From: Octopus sinensis
Taxonomy: Eukaryota
DNA length: 64,000 nucleotides
Direction: 5' to 3'
NCBI RefSeq assembly: GCF_006345805.1
Contig: NC_043008.1
Span: forward strand, 38,626,001-38,690,000
Position 1 is the first letter of the stretch; the number at the start of each line of letters is the position of its first letter. The translations under genes were made by a program, and so were the position numbers. Of the stretch, positions 13,221-26,530 are shown piece by piece. Under the pieces are notes generated by a model, which worked only from the letters and a program-made list of their open reading frames with translations, was not told where the DNA came from and did no database searches.

Positions 13221-14616
13221 CTGTAAAAGAATTATCTCCTCCTGACATCGTCTATGATGTCCAGTTCCTTTCAGCAGAGTATTACTCATAAACAATGAAC
13301 AAAGGAACATGGAAACATACTTGGTATGTTATACATTAAAACATAATGAAATGAAACAGGACAGGAAGAGAATTTGAAATGCTAACAATATTAAAACTTA
13401 GCTACCTTCTCAAGACATTAAGCTTTTATTATTATATGTTCTTTCCTGAGATTTATCTCCCTGGTATATAATGCTTCCTGCCGGCTGGCTTTCTGCAGAT
13501 ATAGTACCACTTAGAACTTCTCTAATAATCTTATTTACATGACTCAAAAGGAATTATTCTCAGCTCTCTTCAGTGACATGTAAATGTTGGACACAGTGTA
13601 ATAATTTATTTTTAGAAAACTCTTATTTGATGCTAACGTTATTCATATATTTCTTGTAAGACTTCAAAACAGCATTTCAATTTCAGTCCATTAACTGGCT
13701 AAAGTTAAGATTTAACTTGGACATCAACTCCCTGCTTCTTTTTCTTTTGTTTTATGTTTTTATTTTTATTTTTGTTTGTTTTCTTTCTTTCTTTCTTTTT
13801 CTTTTGTATTTATTTCTTTTTTTTTTTTTTGTATTTTTTTTTTGTATTTTCTGTGTTAAGCTAAAACCAACTATCTCTTTGCCAATTTTACAATAATATC
13901 ATTAGCAGAAGTAAAGTCATTGCAAAGTTGGCAGGGTGAAAGTTGTTTTAGAGAAGAAACTAAGTTAAGTTAATGAGATGAAATTCAAGAAGTACTTAAA
14001 ACATCTTGTACAGATACCAGAATAATGTTAGTGACTACCGAAAGAGGTCTTGAATAATAAATTAGTGTATAGCATCTGACATGAAAAACGGTGAAAAAAA
14101 AAAATTACATCAATAAAGTTTTAGAAAGGCATTAGCCAAAATTGTGCTATTTCTTCTTACTGTTGTCCCTATATAATATGTAGCCTGAATTTCATTAATG
14201 CAAAGAAAAAAAAAAAGAAATAAAGAAGAAAAGAAAGGATACCATTATATTTGCTTTGCTTTTAAGAAGGAAGACACTTTATAGTTTAAACAACAAACTG
14301 GTTGGCCTGGAGATTAGTTGTGTTTTTTGCAGAGAACTGAAGTAATTGAACTTTTGTTGGCAAAAATATTATCACCAACATTGCAGGCCTTTGTAATGAT
14401 TATGTCCAGTGATTAAGAGAAACCTTTCATGTTGTGCCCTCAGATTAAAGTTGTTCATTTAAGGAAATGATAGCACATTGGGTAGGATAAGGGGTAGGAA
14501 GTTGCACAGTTTCAATTACATTAAGGACACCGAAGAATAAGAGAAAGCAAGAAAAGCAGAGAATGTGAAAGTGAAAGTAAGTGAAGGGAAGAATGAGAGG
14601 ATAAAAACAAAAGGAT

Positions 14617-14668
<52 letters not shown>

Positions 14669-15808
14669 AATATAGAAGAGGAGAAAAGGAGGCAGAGTAA
14701 GGTGATATCAAAATACAGCTAAAACAATGGCAGCGGCAGTAACAGCAGCAGCAGCAGCAGTATAGTAGTAAAATGATCTGATTAACTCTGATTAACAATG
14801 GTTGTTTAATTAGACAGGAGACTTCAGAGTTAAGGGGAGAAAATTCACTGCTTACTGACATGCTCAACTACTAATGGAAGTTATTTGGAAATTAGAAAAA
14901 GTAGTATTACATTTAAATCAACCAAACGTGTTGTTTGAGACAAACAAAGACATTTTCTTATATCAGATGCTAACCCAAAAGTAAAAAAAGACAAAACTGG
15001 TATGAAGTAGGCTACAGTAAAATGACTGAAACTTTCTTTTCATCTGAACCTGTAATCACACAAAAGAATTAAATGAAACATTAAGTGGATCTCGCTGGAA
15101 TTGAACCAAAGATATAACCAAGTATCCAATCCAAATCTCTTAATGCACAACTTTTACTCTGCTCTACTATTTACCATGTGATTAAGAATCTCTTGGTAAA
15201 ACATTTGATGAAGCAATGCTGTTTACTGGGAATGCTGGGAAGGCTAGAACCAAGACCTTGTCTTGTTAATTATTTTGTCCTTTTTCTTCCACGAGACATT
15301 GACTCTTGGTAAAGTCACAGCAAAGCCATCAGGTTCATCACTCCTCTGGTCTGATCACAACTGGGGTTTTTTTGGGGGGCGGGTAGTATGGGAAAGAAAT
15401 AGATGGAAAAAAGAAAGATAGAAGGAGAGGGAGAGATGGGATCAGAGAGAGAAGAATTGATCACATACTGAACTAATAATTAATTTACTGACCTTCAAAG
15501 GGTGAAAAAGTGCATCTTCCTTTTAGATTTTGCTTAAATTCAGCAGGATTTGAACTTAGATTATAGGTAACTAGAACAATTATCAAAAGGCAGTTTAGCC
15601 ATTATTGTAACAACTCTTGACAGTTTGCTCCCCTTGCTAATATTAGTCATTAGATTAAACTGGTGAATATCATCAAGCAAGGATTTTAACAATCCTATTG
15701 ACTTAAGTACTTATTTCAGCCTAGAGCTTATTTCATTGATCTTTTTTTTTTTAATAAAATGGCTATAAAGGGGAATAACTCAAAGCACGTTTTAATACAA
15801 GTATACTT

Positions 15809-15850
<42 letters not shown>

Positions 15851-16059
15851 ATATACACATTTTCATATCTACCTTCACACAGTTTCTGTTTATCAAATTC
15901 CACATGTAGGGCATTAATCAACCCAAGACTACAGGATCAAGTACATGTCCAAAGATCCAGGCAACGGGACTGAACGCCTAACAATGCAACTGGAGAGTAA
16001 ACCCCTTCAATATACAGCTATGCTTGTAACTGTATTAGCTTTTATCCTATATCATTTAT

Positions 16060-16660
16060 TTGTTTTATTCATTTGACTGAGGCCATGCTGGGGCACTGAC
16101 TTGAAGAGTTTTCAGTCGAATGAATCAACCCCAGTAATTCCTTTTAAGCCTGGTACCTATTTCATCAGTCTCTTTTGCTGAACTGCTAACTTACGGGAAT
16201 GTAAACAAACCAATACTGGTTGTCAAGTAGTGGCAGGAGACAAACACACACAATGATGTATATTCTTTTCTACTCCAAGCACAAGGCTCGAAATTTTGGG
16301 GGAGAGGACCAGTCGATTTGATCAACACCAGTATGTAACTGGTACTTAATTTATCGATCCTGAAAGGATGAAAGGCAAAGGTGACTTCAGCAGAATTTGA
16401 GCTCAGAATGTAAAGACAGATGAAATACCATTAAGCATTTCACCCGGCATGCTAATATTTCTGCCAGCTCGCTGCCTTACACACATAGACATATATTGAA
16501 ATATATACAACTGGCTTCTTTCAATTTCACTCAACCAAATCCACCCAAAGGCTTTTGGTTGGCCCAAGGCTATAAAAGAAGGCACTTGCCCATGGTGTCA
16601 TGCAGTGGAATTGAAACCAGAACCATATGATTGGGAAGTAAACTTCTTGCTACACAGCCA
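16060..16660 (-). mobile_element. Family B SINE (CORE-like) interrupted in its internal microsatellite by a family A SINE (16262-16479)
   Basis: B 3' half at 16060-16255, A copy, then B 5' half at 16490-16660 (GGCACTTGCCCATGGTGTC..GGAATTGAAACCAGAACC). Confidence 0.8.
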
Positions 16661-16758
16661 CATTTTAACCAACTTTTCTACAGTTAATCTTCTTCAAGTG
16701 TGATAAATGCCATATTTGATGGCACAAAAGATGCACAAAAGACTCATTCTTCTTTCAG

Positions 16759-16779
16759 CAACATATATTCAGAGAAAAA
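16759..16779 (+). CDS. Candidate 21-nt microexon (QHIFREK in phase 0)
   Basis: TCATTCTTCTTTCAG|CAACATATATTCAGAGAAAAA|GTGAGC; frame-preserving, good acceptor and donor, in a repeat-free stretch. Confidence 0.25.
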
Positions 16780-17857
16780 GTGAGCTTCAGGAACCAAACT
16801 GGCTTATGGGAGGCCCAACTTCACTTATAAGAGTTGATTCGAGACATTCATTTGTAAAAAATGTGCGTCTTATATATCAGTTGTAATTTGTCAACAGAGA
16901 GGAAAAAAAAAGAAAAACAGAAAGCAAAATTCAAAAAGAGGGTAACAAAAATCCTCAAATATATTTACTGAAGTGTTTTATTACGTTATTTATCTTTTTA
17001 TAGCTTTTTTGCTGATTTTCTATTAAACTTTATAGCCTAAAATAATGTCGCAGTGAATGTAATGTAAATTCTAATGCTTTACAGTCAGTAATAGCTTTAT
17101 TAAAGACAATGGTTTTTCATAATATTAGATTTATTCTTTTCCCGAGTTGATCACTAAAATTCAATGCAGAGCAGAACAATGGAAATTTACAGATTTAGAC
17201 TTTTAATTAATCTGCTAATGATGATAAAATGAACTCAACATCAAATTGAAGTAAATGAAGAATATCAGAGGAGTGGCCCACTGATGGTCTATTACAAAAT
17301 TTACATTGGTCCAACAAGACAATATATTATATGATTCATATTATGGTAATAGTAAATATTTGTGTATGTCACTATATCTTCATGTTTTTTGCTTAATTTT
17401 AATTTCTTTCTGTTAGGTTCCAACATTTGGAAAGCTGGCAGAATGGTTATAGTACAAGAAACAATGATTTGCAGTATCTATATACATACAAGCATACATA
17501 CAAACATACATACATACATACATACATACATACATACAAACATGCATGCAAACATGCATACATACATACATCATACATACATATACACATACACATATAC
17601 ATACAAACATACATACACACATACATAAAACAGAAAATTTTCAGAAATCTAGTATATATATATATATTATTTTAAATGAGAATAGTATTGATTACCTAAG
17701 GTTGGCTTAGCTAACTTCAAAGTTACAGTCAGTATTAATTTTGCTTAAGAATAACCAATTTGTACTTCACCAAATATATTGAGTAATCCTTCAGTATAAT
17801 GTAAAAATGTTCTTATTATATTAATATTAATATACATTTATGCAGAAGTCTTATTCA

Positions 17858-18160
17858 ATGAGCCCACTTCAGGAAAAAGATCATAGGGTTGCCCTCTTCG
17901 AGGATGCAAGGGCCAATTCAAAGCAACCCTGAAAGCCACTGGAATTGAACCTAAATCATTTGAAACAAGCTCAAGACTGTACCATGTGGTACTGTTCCAT
18001 CACATTGGAACCAAAGACTTTGAAGCCACCAGAAGAGAAAAGGAAGAAATGAAGTTACATCCTGATAGGCTTGAGAAAATTAACCTTGACCTCCACCAAC
18101 ATTGCCATGCAGTCAATGCCATCGACTCTTCTATATCATCAATGGCACCACCATAAAGGT
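17858..18160 (+). mobile_element. Decayed RTE-clade LINE C-terminal fragment
   Basis: EPTSGKRS*GCPL..FKATLKATGIEPKSFET resembles the RTE motif EL..GKR..G.P..R.KD..K..LK...I...WE; frameshifted. Confidence 0.55.
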
Positions 18161-18820
18161 AGCATTCATCAAAGAAGAAAATAAATACTTAGATATGAAA
18201 TAAAGCCACCACTGATGACAATATATATATATTATTCAAAGGAATTCTAACTCTGTCTGGTTTTTTAATGTTTTATTTATATTCTTTATAATATTAATGT
18301 AGGATATAGAATATATAGTATAAATAATATATATATATAGTAAAATGAAATGAATTATTGATTGTCTTATTGAATAGATGAAATATTGAATATCAAATAT
18401 TAAGGGACTGGTATACTTTCTTGCATTTAAGCAGTCTTCTAGGTCCCAGTTTGTGACAGGAGTGTTTCAACTGTGTATATATGTTTGCATATACATACAT
18501 ATGTGTACACACGTGAATGCACATATATATTCATGTATACACACACACATATAACATGTGTGTGTGTCTGTGTGTATCTGTCTTTATATTTGTACATTTG
18601 TGATTGGTATTCTAGGTGTATTCTATGTTTGTATATTCCCAAATAGTGTCAGAATATATTTTTTAATATTTTTTGTCAAAAAATAGCAACAGCTTCATCA
18701 CTTGTAGCTCATATTATTCAGAGAATATGTACATAACAACACAAGTATACACAAATACACACACACAAACACACAAAGAAAGGAACACAAGTGGAGTTAT
18801 ATATACATACATGCATACAT

Positions 18821-18879
<59 letters not shown>

Positions 18880-18934
18880 TGCATATGTTTTATATATATA
18901 TATAAGTAACTACATGTTTGCACATACTCATATA

Positions 18935-19125
18935 CAGGTGTGTAGCTAGGATGGAGCAAGCAGGGTACATGCCCTGTGTGCCACGTTGAGTGGGGGGGGG
19001 GGGCAATATTACCCAAAATCATTTTCTAATTAAACCATTTCATGCAAGTTTCCACTTTTTGGTTAGGGGTGGGGGTGCAATTTTGATGCCTGTTTTGGGC
19101 ACCATTAACCCTAGCTATGACCCTG
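18935..19125. mobile_element. Non-autonomous DNA transposon (MITE) with 16-bp imperfect TIR
   Basis: CAGGTGTGTAGCTAGG versus reverse complement of CCTAGCTATGACCCTG (12/16 match); flanks CTCATATA/CTCGCATA may be a decayed 8-bp TSD. Confidence 0.55.
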
Positions 19126-19869
19126 CTCGCATATACTGAGCCCACAGCCCAACTGTTCTTGTCACCCTGTGTATTGAAAGACCTGGATTCTAATGAATCC
19201 TATAAGTGAATGATACTATACATGTGTGCATGTGTATTTGTGTGTGTGTGTGTTGATTCTGTATGTATCACTGCTGCTCTAACAATGTCAGGGCAGCAGT
19301 GATATTGTTAAGGTCACCCATAAGCAAAACATCGAGATAGGGTTTAATGTGGGACCTATGAAACGAAGTACCTTACTAAGGATTGTTGTCTGGATGGGCA
19401 TCAAGCTGTAAAATACTCAACCAACTCATGCCAGCACAGAAAAATGGACATAAAAACCAATACTTATACACGTACTTAAGTGTATTGAGTAAATGTGTAG
19501 CAAAGGAGGAAGGGAGACAGAGAAAGATAATTTGGAAATATAAAAAAAAAATAAAACACAGCCAGTCAACCATCTGCAGTCAGAATTAATATTTTTATGT
19601 GTAACAAACTGATGGTGACAGCTCAATAAATTAATAACACATCTTCGTCAATATATATTCACTTAACAATATGGACTTAACGCTGCCTAAACAATAAATA
19701 AATAAATAAATAAATAAATGATAATGGTAACTAAAACAGAATTTTAAAAAAACAAACAAACAAACAATCTGTTGGAATTAGGAAAGCTTTCTAATATTTG
19801 TTACTTCTTAATTAAAAGAAATAATTGAACACCGAAAATAGTAATGATGATCGTGATAATGACAATGTC

Positions 19870-19919
19870 TTCTACAAATACTGCTACTGCTACTACTACT
19901 ACTACTACTATTAATAATA

Positions 19920-19955
<36 letters not shown>

Positions 19956-19969
19956 TAATAATAATATTA

Positions 19970-20033
<64 letters not shown>

Positions 20034-20170
20034 GGATGATGGTGATAATAATGATAATAATGATAATAATAACAACAACAAAAACAAGAATAATAACAGT
20101 AATAAAACAGATATATTGTATGTATGTGTGTGTATGTGTGTGGAGAGAGAGAGAGAGAGAGAGAGAAGCA
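19870..20170. repeat. Compound trinucleotide (CTA/AAT/GAT) and (GA)n microsatellites
   Basis: Direct reading. Confidence 0.95.
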
Positions 20171-20671
20171 TGGAGAGAGCATAATATCTGTTTCCTCATA
20201 TACTAAATAACAGTATACATTGTGTTAAAGAACAACAAAGAGAGACAGAAAAGGAAAAGAGAGACAGGGAAGGTGAAAGACACAGAGATAGAGAGAGAGA
20301 GAGAGAGAGAGAGTGAGAGAGAATAGGTAAGACAGAGGGAGAAAAACAGACAAATATGTATGGTAATAATTGTTGACAGTTAAAACAATTATAATTTTAA
20401 TTCTGTAATTAATCACAACTTAATCCTTAAAAGAAGATTAAAAGAATTCATCAATGCAATTGGTTATTTTGATTTTGTTCTCTTTTCCTTTTGTTTTTTT
20501 TTTTTTTACTTTCAATGTTTTAATTTTTCTTTTAACACTTCCTAAACAATTTCAAAACACATTGAAAAACCATTCCATATGAAACTGCTCACTCTCTCTC
20601 TCTTTCTCTTCCGCTCTCATTATTCACTCTTCCTCATGCTCTCTCTCCCTCCCCTGTCTCTCTCTCAATCT

Positions 20672-20721
<50 letters not shown>

Positions 20722-20761
20722 ATATATTATATATATAAGGAATAAGAGTTCATATCCTGTG

Positions 20762-20950
20762 CAGGTGGCACGTAAAAAGCACCCACTACACTTGCGGAGT
20801 GGTTGGCGTTAGGAAGGGCATCCAGCCGTAGAAACTCTGCCAGATCAGACTGGAGCCTGGAGCAGCCCCTGGCTTCCCAGACCCTGGTCGAACCGTCCAA
20901 CCCGTGCTAGCATGGAAAACGGACGTTAAACGATGATGATGATGATGATG
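20762..20950 (+). mobile_element. Family D retroposon 3' portion with (GAT)n tail, CpG-rich young copy
   Basis: GGCACGTAAAAAGCACCCACTACAC..GGAGTGGTTGGCGTTAGGAAGGGCATCCAGCCGTAGAAAC..GCATGGAAAACGGACGTTAAACGATGATGAT. Paralogs at 27741-27953 (tandem 5' subrepeats), 40795-41040, 42779-42930, 43230-43465, 52755-53130. Confidence 0.85.
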
Positions 20951-21001
<51 letters not shown>

Positions 21002-21054
21002 CATATACATACATACATACATACATATATATATATATGCATACATATATATAC

Positions 21055-21110
<56 letters not shown>

Positions 21111-21257
21111 GGCTATTTGTCTGTATGTCTATTTATCTATCTGTCTGTCTGCCTATCTATCTATCTGTCTGTATGTATATCTGTTTGTTTATTTATTTCT
21201 CTGTCTACCCATCTATCTATTTATCTATCTCTCAACCTATCAGTCTGTCTATCTCTT

Positions 21258-21299
<42 letters not shown>

Positions 21300-21303
21300 T
21301 CTA

Positions 21304-21383
<80 letters not shown>

Positions 21384-21525
21384 CATTATTTAACTATGTC
21401 TTTTTCATTATCTGTTCTCTCCACTCCATACATCTTGCTTAATCTGATTAATTAATTTATCATCTTAATTGTAGATTACCGAGACCAACTAGTTAATCGG
21501 GTTCTTCCAATAAAAATCACACACA

Positions 21526-21571
<46 letters not shown>

Positions 21572-21872
21572 AATAAATGACTAAATATACAAACAAACAA
21601 AACCAAGCTAGGCACACAGACATAAATACATAGAAAACATAACAGCTACATGCGTTGTCACACACATACAAACAATGAACTGCTTACACATGTGCACGCA
21701 CAATCAGGTACCTACATATATGAATATACATATGTATACACATATAAATACTTCATACATACATGCATACATATATATGTGTATGTGTATGTATGTATGC
21801 ATGTATGTATGTATATATATATATATATTATATATATAAATATATATATATATAAAAAATATATATAATGAA

Positions 21873-21909
<37 letters not shown>

Positions 21910-21930
21910 ATATATACACACACATGGGTA
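20950..21930. repeat. TA/CA/CATA/TCTA/CT microsatellite complex
   Basis: Direct reading. Confidence 0.95.
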
Positions 21931-22421
21931 TATATTATACGCATGTATTACAAATTTTCTGAATTTTCAGATTTTTCTATATGCTAGGCTACTGATGTTA
22001 AATTGATGTTAATTAAATTAATATTCAATTTATCACCCTCATTATTTAAATTATATATATATATATATAGAGAGAGAGATGTATATACATATATGTATAT
22101 ATATATCTATATATATGCATATATACATGTATATAAGTGTATACATATACATATATAAATGTATACATACACAAACCCATATGTATATATACACACACAC
22201 ACATATGTATATAATGCACATTAGTATATGTCTTTATTTTTCAATGTTTATTTTTAAATCAAGTTATATATATATAACCGATCAAACATTAAACTGAGTG
22301 CTTGCTCAATACTTTTTAGTCAAGTTTAGATATATTTAAACTTTCAAAGTTCTGACTTGCTCACCTTCTTGAAACAGTAAGACAAATGCAAGCAAACCCA
22401 AAACCTCAAAGTCACTGTTAA

Positions 22422-22641
22422 CCCTTTCGTTACTGTATTTATTTTGAGATGCTCTGTGTTTCTTTCAATTACTTAAAATATAACAAAGAATTTAGTAAAA
22501 TAACTTAGTTATCATTCAGCTAGTGTCAGGAACATAAACTATGACTAAAGTTTGGTGGAAGATTTTAATTCAAAACTTATGTAAACAAGACATTTGTATT
22601 CAGAGCCAGAGCCGGTTTCAACCGGGTTGGTAACAAAAGGG
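22422..22641. mobile_element. piggyBac-like MITE, copy 2
   Basis: TTAA-CCCTTTCGTTAC ... GTAACAAAAGGG-TTAA; colinear with 6562-6782. Confidence 0.85.
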
Positions 22642-23372
22642 TTAAACCATTCTTTATAATAATTTAATAAATATATTACTATATCTCTATTTATATCTGT
22701 TTGTTTATATATATGTATGTGTGTCGGAGTGCATACATATGACAATGAAATGCAAGCATGCAAGAATATGCATGCATAAAAACAGGTGAATTATAAACAT
22801 AAACACATAGATTCAAACCTGTAAGTGTAGATGTTAAAGACCTAGAACATTCTCATACTGAAAACCTTTTCCATGGAAATAGTTTTGAAATGTCTCCATA
22901 ACTACTAATCAATAACCATTTTGCAAATATCACAATATTTTCTGAGTCAGCAATTTATCAAGAATAAGGTCATCTTGTAAATACCCATCACCTACCATGC
23001 TATTAATTACCGTAGTATATTACAGGTATGAATAGTAATGTGAAAGAAGATGGTTCGACTTAGAAATCAGAAAGACAGTCAGTGACCTGTCTTGTTAGGG
23101 GTCTTACTTGCATTGTATGGTGCTGTCAATAAATGAAAACAGGTTTCTTGCATCTTAACTAATTGCTGTGTTGCCATTAGAGATTACAGCATTTTGTAGT
23201 ATGCCACATGTGAATGTCTTTCAAGACCGATCATCCTTATTCTGACAATTGATTATTGCATTATTGCTAGAAATCATAGAGACAAGAAGTGAAGCATAAA
23301 AGGCTCAACAGGAGATTGAACTGGCATACACATACATATATATATCTATAAACATATATAATTATACATATA

Positions 23373-23609
23373 TATTTCTTTACTACCCACAAGCGGCTAA
23401 ACACAGAGGGGATAAACAAGGACAGAGAAATGGATTGAGTCGATTATATCAACCCCAGTGTGTAACTGGTACTTAATTTATCAACCCTGAAAGGATGACA
23501 GGCAAAGTTGACCTCGGCGGAATTTGAACTCAGAACGTAACTGCAGACGAAATACTGCTAAGCATTTCGCCCGGTGCGCTAACGTTTCTGCCAGTTCGCC
23601 ACCTGTATA
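23373..23609 (-). mobile_element. Family A SINE, full length, with 17-bp TSD
   Basis: Flanked by ATATAATTATACATATA at 23356-23372 and 23610-23626; B-box GTTCTGAGTTCAAATTCC on the minus strand. Confidence 0.9.
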
Positions 23610-24200
23610 ATATAATTATACATATAAATATATGTTTATGTACATATAAGAATATGAAAAAGAGAAGAGAGAGAGAGAGAGAGAGAGAGTGATGAGGGTG
23701 AAAGAAAATTAACCCTTTCTTGGTAGGATGTCATTTTATTAAAGGTCAAACTTCCAGCCCTTTTGGAACTTATCTGCTGAGCAGACTGAGCCAAATAGAG
23801 TTAGACATGCTGTCTATAAACACAATAATGCTACAATGTACAAGGTTTGAACTCAGTTACAAAGATGGTATTTCAAATAGTCAATGTACTTAGCATATGC
23901 TTATGTAAGTAACCTGGCATCATCGGTTCTTAAACTAGTAATAGCAAAAATGGAAGTAAATATAAAAAATTTTGACAAACTTTCAAAAGTTTCTGTATAG
24001 GACTTCCCATAATATAAATTTACAACTGACTAAAAAAGAAATCACAAAACTAATTAACAAGCTCGTTTTCTTTGTTTTTGTAATTTCTATTATTATTTTG
24101 TTAGCATAAAAACAATCTGAAGAAAAGTTTTAAATCAACTTTGAGAAGCAGGTTGAATAAGGACAAAACTATAACAAGAATAATACTTTTCTATGCTTAC

Positions 24201-24306
24201 CTCTACAGTCACAGTGTATCACGTTCCAAGCCCTTGCTTCTGGTTCCAGTTGAATTGCATTGAGACAAACCCACGAACAAAACCAACTAACGATATTAGG
24301 TTCCAT
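24201..24306 (-). CDS. Candidate first exon (possibly coding MEPNIVSWFCSWVCLNAIQLEPEARAWNVIHCDCR, or 5'UTR)
   Basis: Strong donor GAG|GTAAGC at 24201/24200, ATG in GTGATGG context, repeat-free CpG-containing sequence, CCAAT boxes upstream. No homology recognised. Confidence 0.3.
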
Positions 24307-24399
24307 CACAGAAAATCATCATGAAGTTACGTAGAGAAGTTCATACATTCTTCGGTGAAGACCTTTTTGTAAATAATGAATGTAGCTACGTTTGAACCA

Positions 24400-24500
24400 G
24401 TGGCCACTCCCCCAGAGTTAATCTTTAATTGAAAGGCCTGGCCAAAATTTTGATGAGTGCCAATCAATCTTGTTGTCTCCTTTCTTAGCTCTGATTGGTT
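24400..24500 (-). promoter_or_regulatory. Promoter-like cluster: two opposed CCAAT boxes and a GC/KLF-like box
   Basis: GCCAATC at 24459-24465, AACCAATCAG on the minus strand (ATTGG 24494-24498, NF-Y consensus), CCACTCCCCC at ~24404. Confidence 0.35.
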
Positions 24501-25063
24501 TTGCTTGGTTTATGCTGACTGTCAATCACAGATTGATAATCATGGGATTAACAGTGAAATCAAATCTACTTATGTATTTTTATTGTTTTCTGTCAATTTG
24601 CCCAAAAATATAAATCTCTACATATATACTTATATATTTATATATAGACATAGATATACATTTGAAAATGTCTGCGTATGTGCACTCATATTACAATCTT
24701 ATATGTTTATACATCATGTAATCACATGAAAGCCTATTTTCTATTTGGGTTTTGATCTAAGTAGAAAAGAAGCCATTCTTTGGAGTTCAGCTATTGAATT
24801 TGTGATAAATATTTCAGCCACAATAAAAATGTAAACAAAACCCCAGCATAAAATGCTAACTTAAGTAAATTCTTAAGATGACATTATTTCAAACTTCTTT
24901 GGTGAACAAATTTGGAGTGAGTCAATCAAATGGTATGTATTTTAAAGAAAGACAGATGCTGAATAGGAGCAGGAAAATAAATGGAACAGTCATAGGCAGT
25001 GAATACTTCTTGTAAAGTTATCAACATTAGAGGGTTCAGCCAGGAAATTGAGGGGTCAACTAC

Positions 25064-25193
25064 CTCACTGGAGTAATCAGCTGGCACATAGAAGGTCCAA
25101 CAGGTACCGTAGAGTCTTGTAGAGGTTCATGAATATCTTAGAGCCCCACCACTTACCTAAGAAAGAAAAAATACAAAAAAAGGAAAACAAAAA
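25064..25193 (-). other. Candidate recursive splice site (AG|GTAAGT) with downstream RS-exon-like 93-nt segment
   Basis: Minus strand TTTTTGTTTTCCTTTTTTTGTATTTTTTCTTTCTTAG|GTAAGT (junction 25157/25156); second donor GAG|GTAGTT at 25064/25063. Confidence 0.45.
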
Positions 25194-25789
25194 CATGCTC
25201 TTCTTGAATTTTGTGAAAGGGGTGAAGGAGATGTGGGATCAAAAGTATTTTGTTCCACATTGCAGAGTTTTTATTAGAAGCTCCATTGTTTAAGTATTTG
25301 TTCTATTTTAAAAATATTTCAAATTCAACAACTATTCCAGTTGTTGAAATTTTACACATTCCTGTTCTTCTATAACATTAAGTATGAGATATCTGTCACC
25401 CACAAATAAATATGGCTTAGCAACATGTACAATACTTTCACTACAAACAAGTACTAGTTGAAGGTTGGTGCCACTCACTCTCTCTCTCTCTCTCTCTCTC
25501 TTCATCTTTTACACCTTGATATGCTTCCTGGATCAAAGACAGTCTAGAAAGTGCCTATGTCTGTTCACAATGATAAAGACACCTACAACAGTAGCCTTTC
25601 ATCTTTTTTTTGGCTCAATGCAATAAGATACCAGCAATGTACTGGGGTTGTGCCTCGACAATAAACCATTATTACTTTGCAAGATATGATATAAATATCA
25701 CGGAAATATTATTTGATCTCAAAACTCAAAATTATATTTTCAATAAAAGCAGAATACAATTCTATATAGAGAGAAATTCAGTGTCTGTT

Positions 25790-26530
25790 GTGCGCGCGCG
25801 TGTGTGTGTGTGTGTGCATATGTGTGTTTATGTGTGTGTATGTGTGTGCATATGTGTCTTTATGTGTATGTTTGGTGTATATTTATGCGTGTGTGCATAT
25901 TTGTATGCTTAGTAAGTAGGTTAGCATCTATAATCTGTGTATGTGTATGATAATACATGACAGCTGATGCTTAAATTTATGTGTATGTTAGTGTATATAA
26001 ATATAAATATATATATATAGATATGTACATTTGCATATGCCTAGTATATGAGTTACGTGTGTATGTGCATGCATATGTGCATTGTACATGTGAATATGTG
26101 TGTGTTTAAGATCATACAAGCTCTTCATGTGTGCACATGTGTATGTGTGTGCAGAGCAGATCTCTATGTGCATATGCATGTTTATGCATAGAGGATCTTG
26201 TATAAGGTGCTGTATAAATATACATACATTTGCATGCACGTGCGTTTGCGTGTTGTGTGTGCATGTGGAGTGTGTGTGTGCATGTGGTGTGTGAATGTGT
26301 ACATGTGGTATGTGTATGTGCATGTGGTATGTGTATGTGTTCATGTGGTGTGTGTGCATGTGGTGTGTGTGTGCATGTGGTGTGTGTGCATGTGGTGTGT
26401 GGGTGTGTGCATGTGGTGTGTATGTGAGTGCATTCCTGTCAATGTGTGGTTATGTATGTGTTTATGTATGTGAATCTATTCTGTAGAATGTAAATGTATG
26501 TGTGTGTGTGTGTGTATGCATGTCTATATA
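25790..26530. repeat. Degenerate (GT)n-derived minisatellite with recurring GTGTGCATGTG(GT) units
   Basis: Direct reading. Confidence 0.9.
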
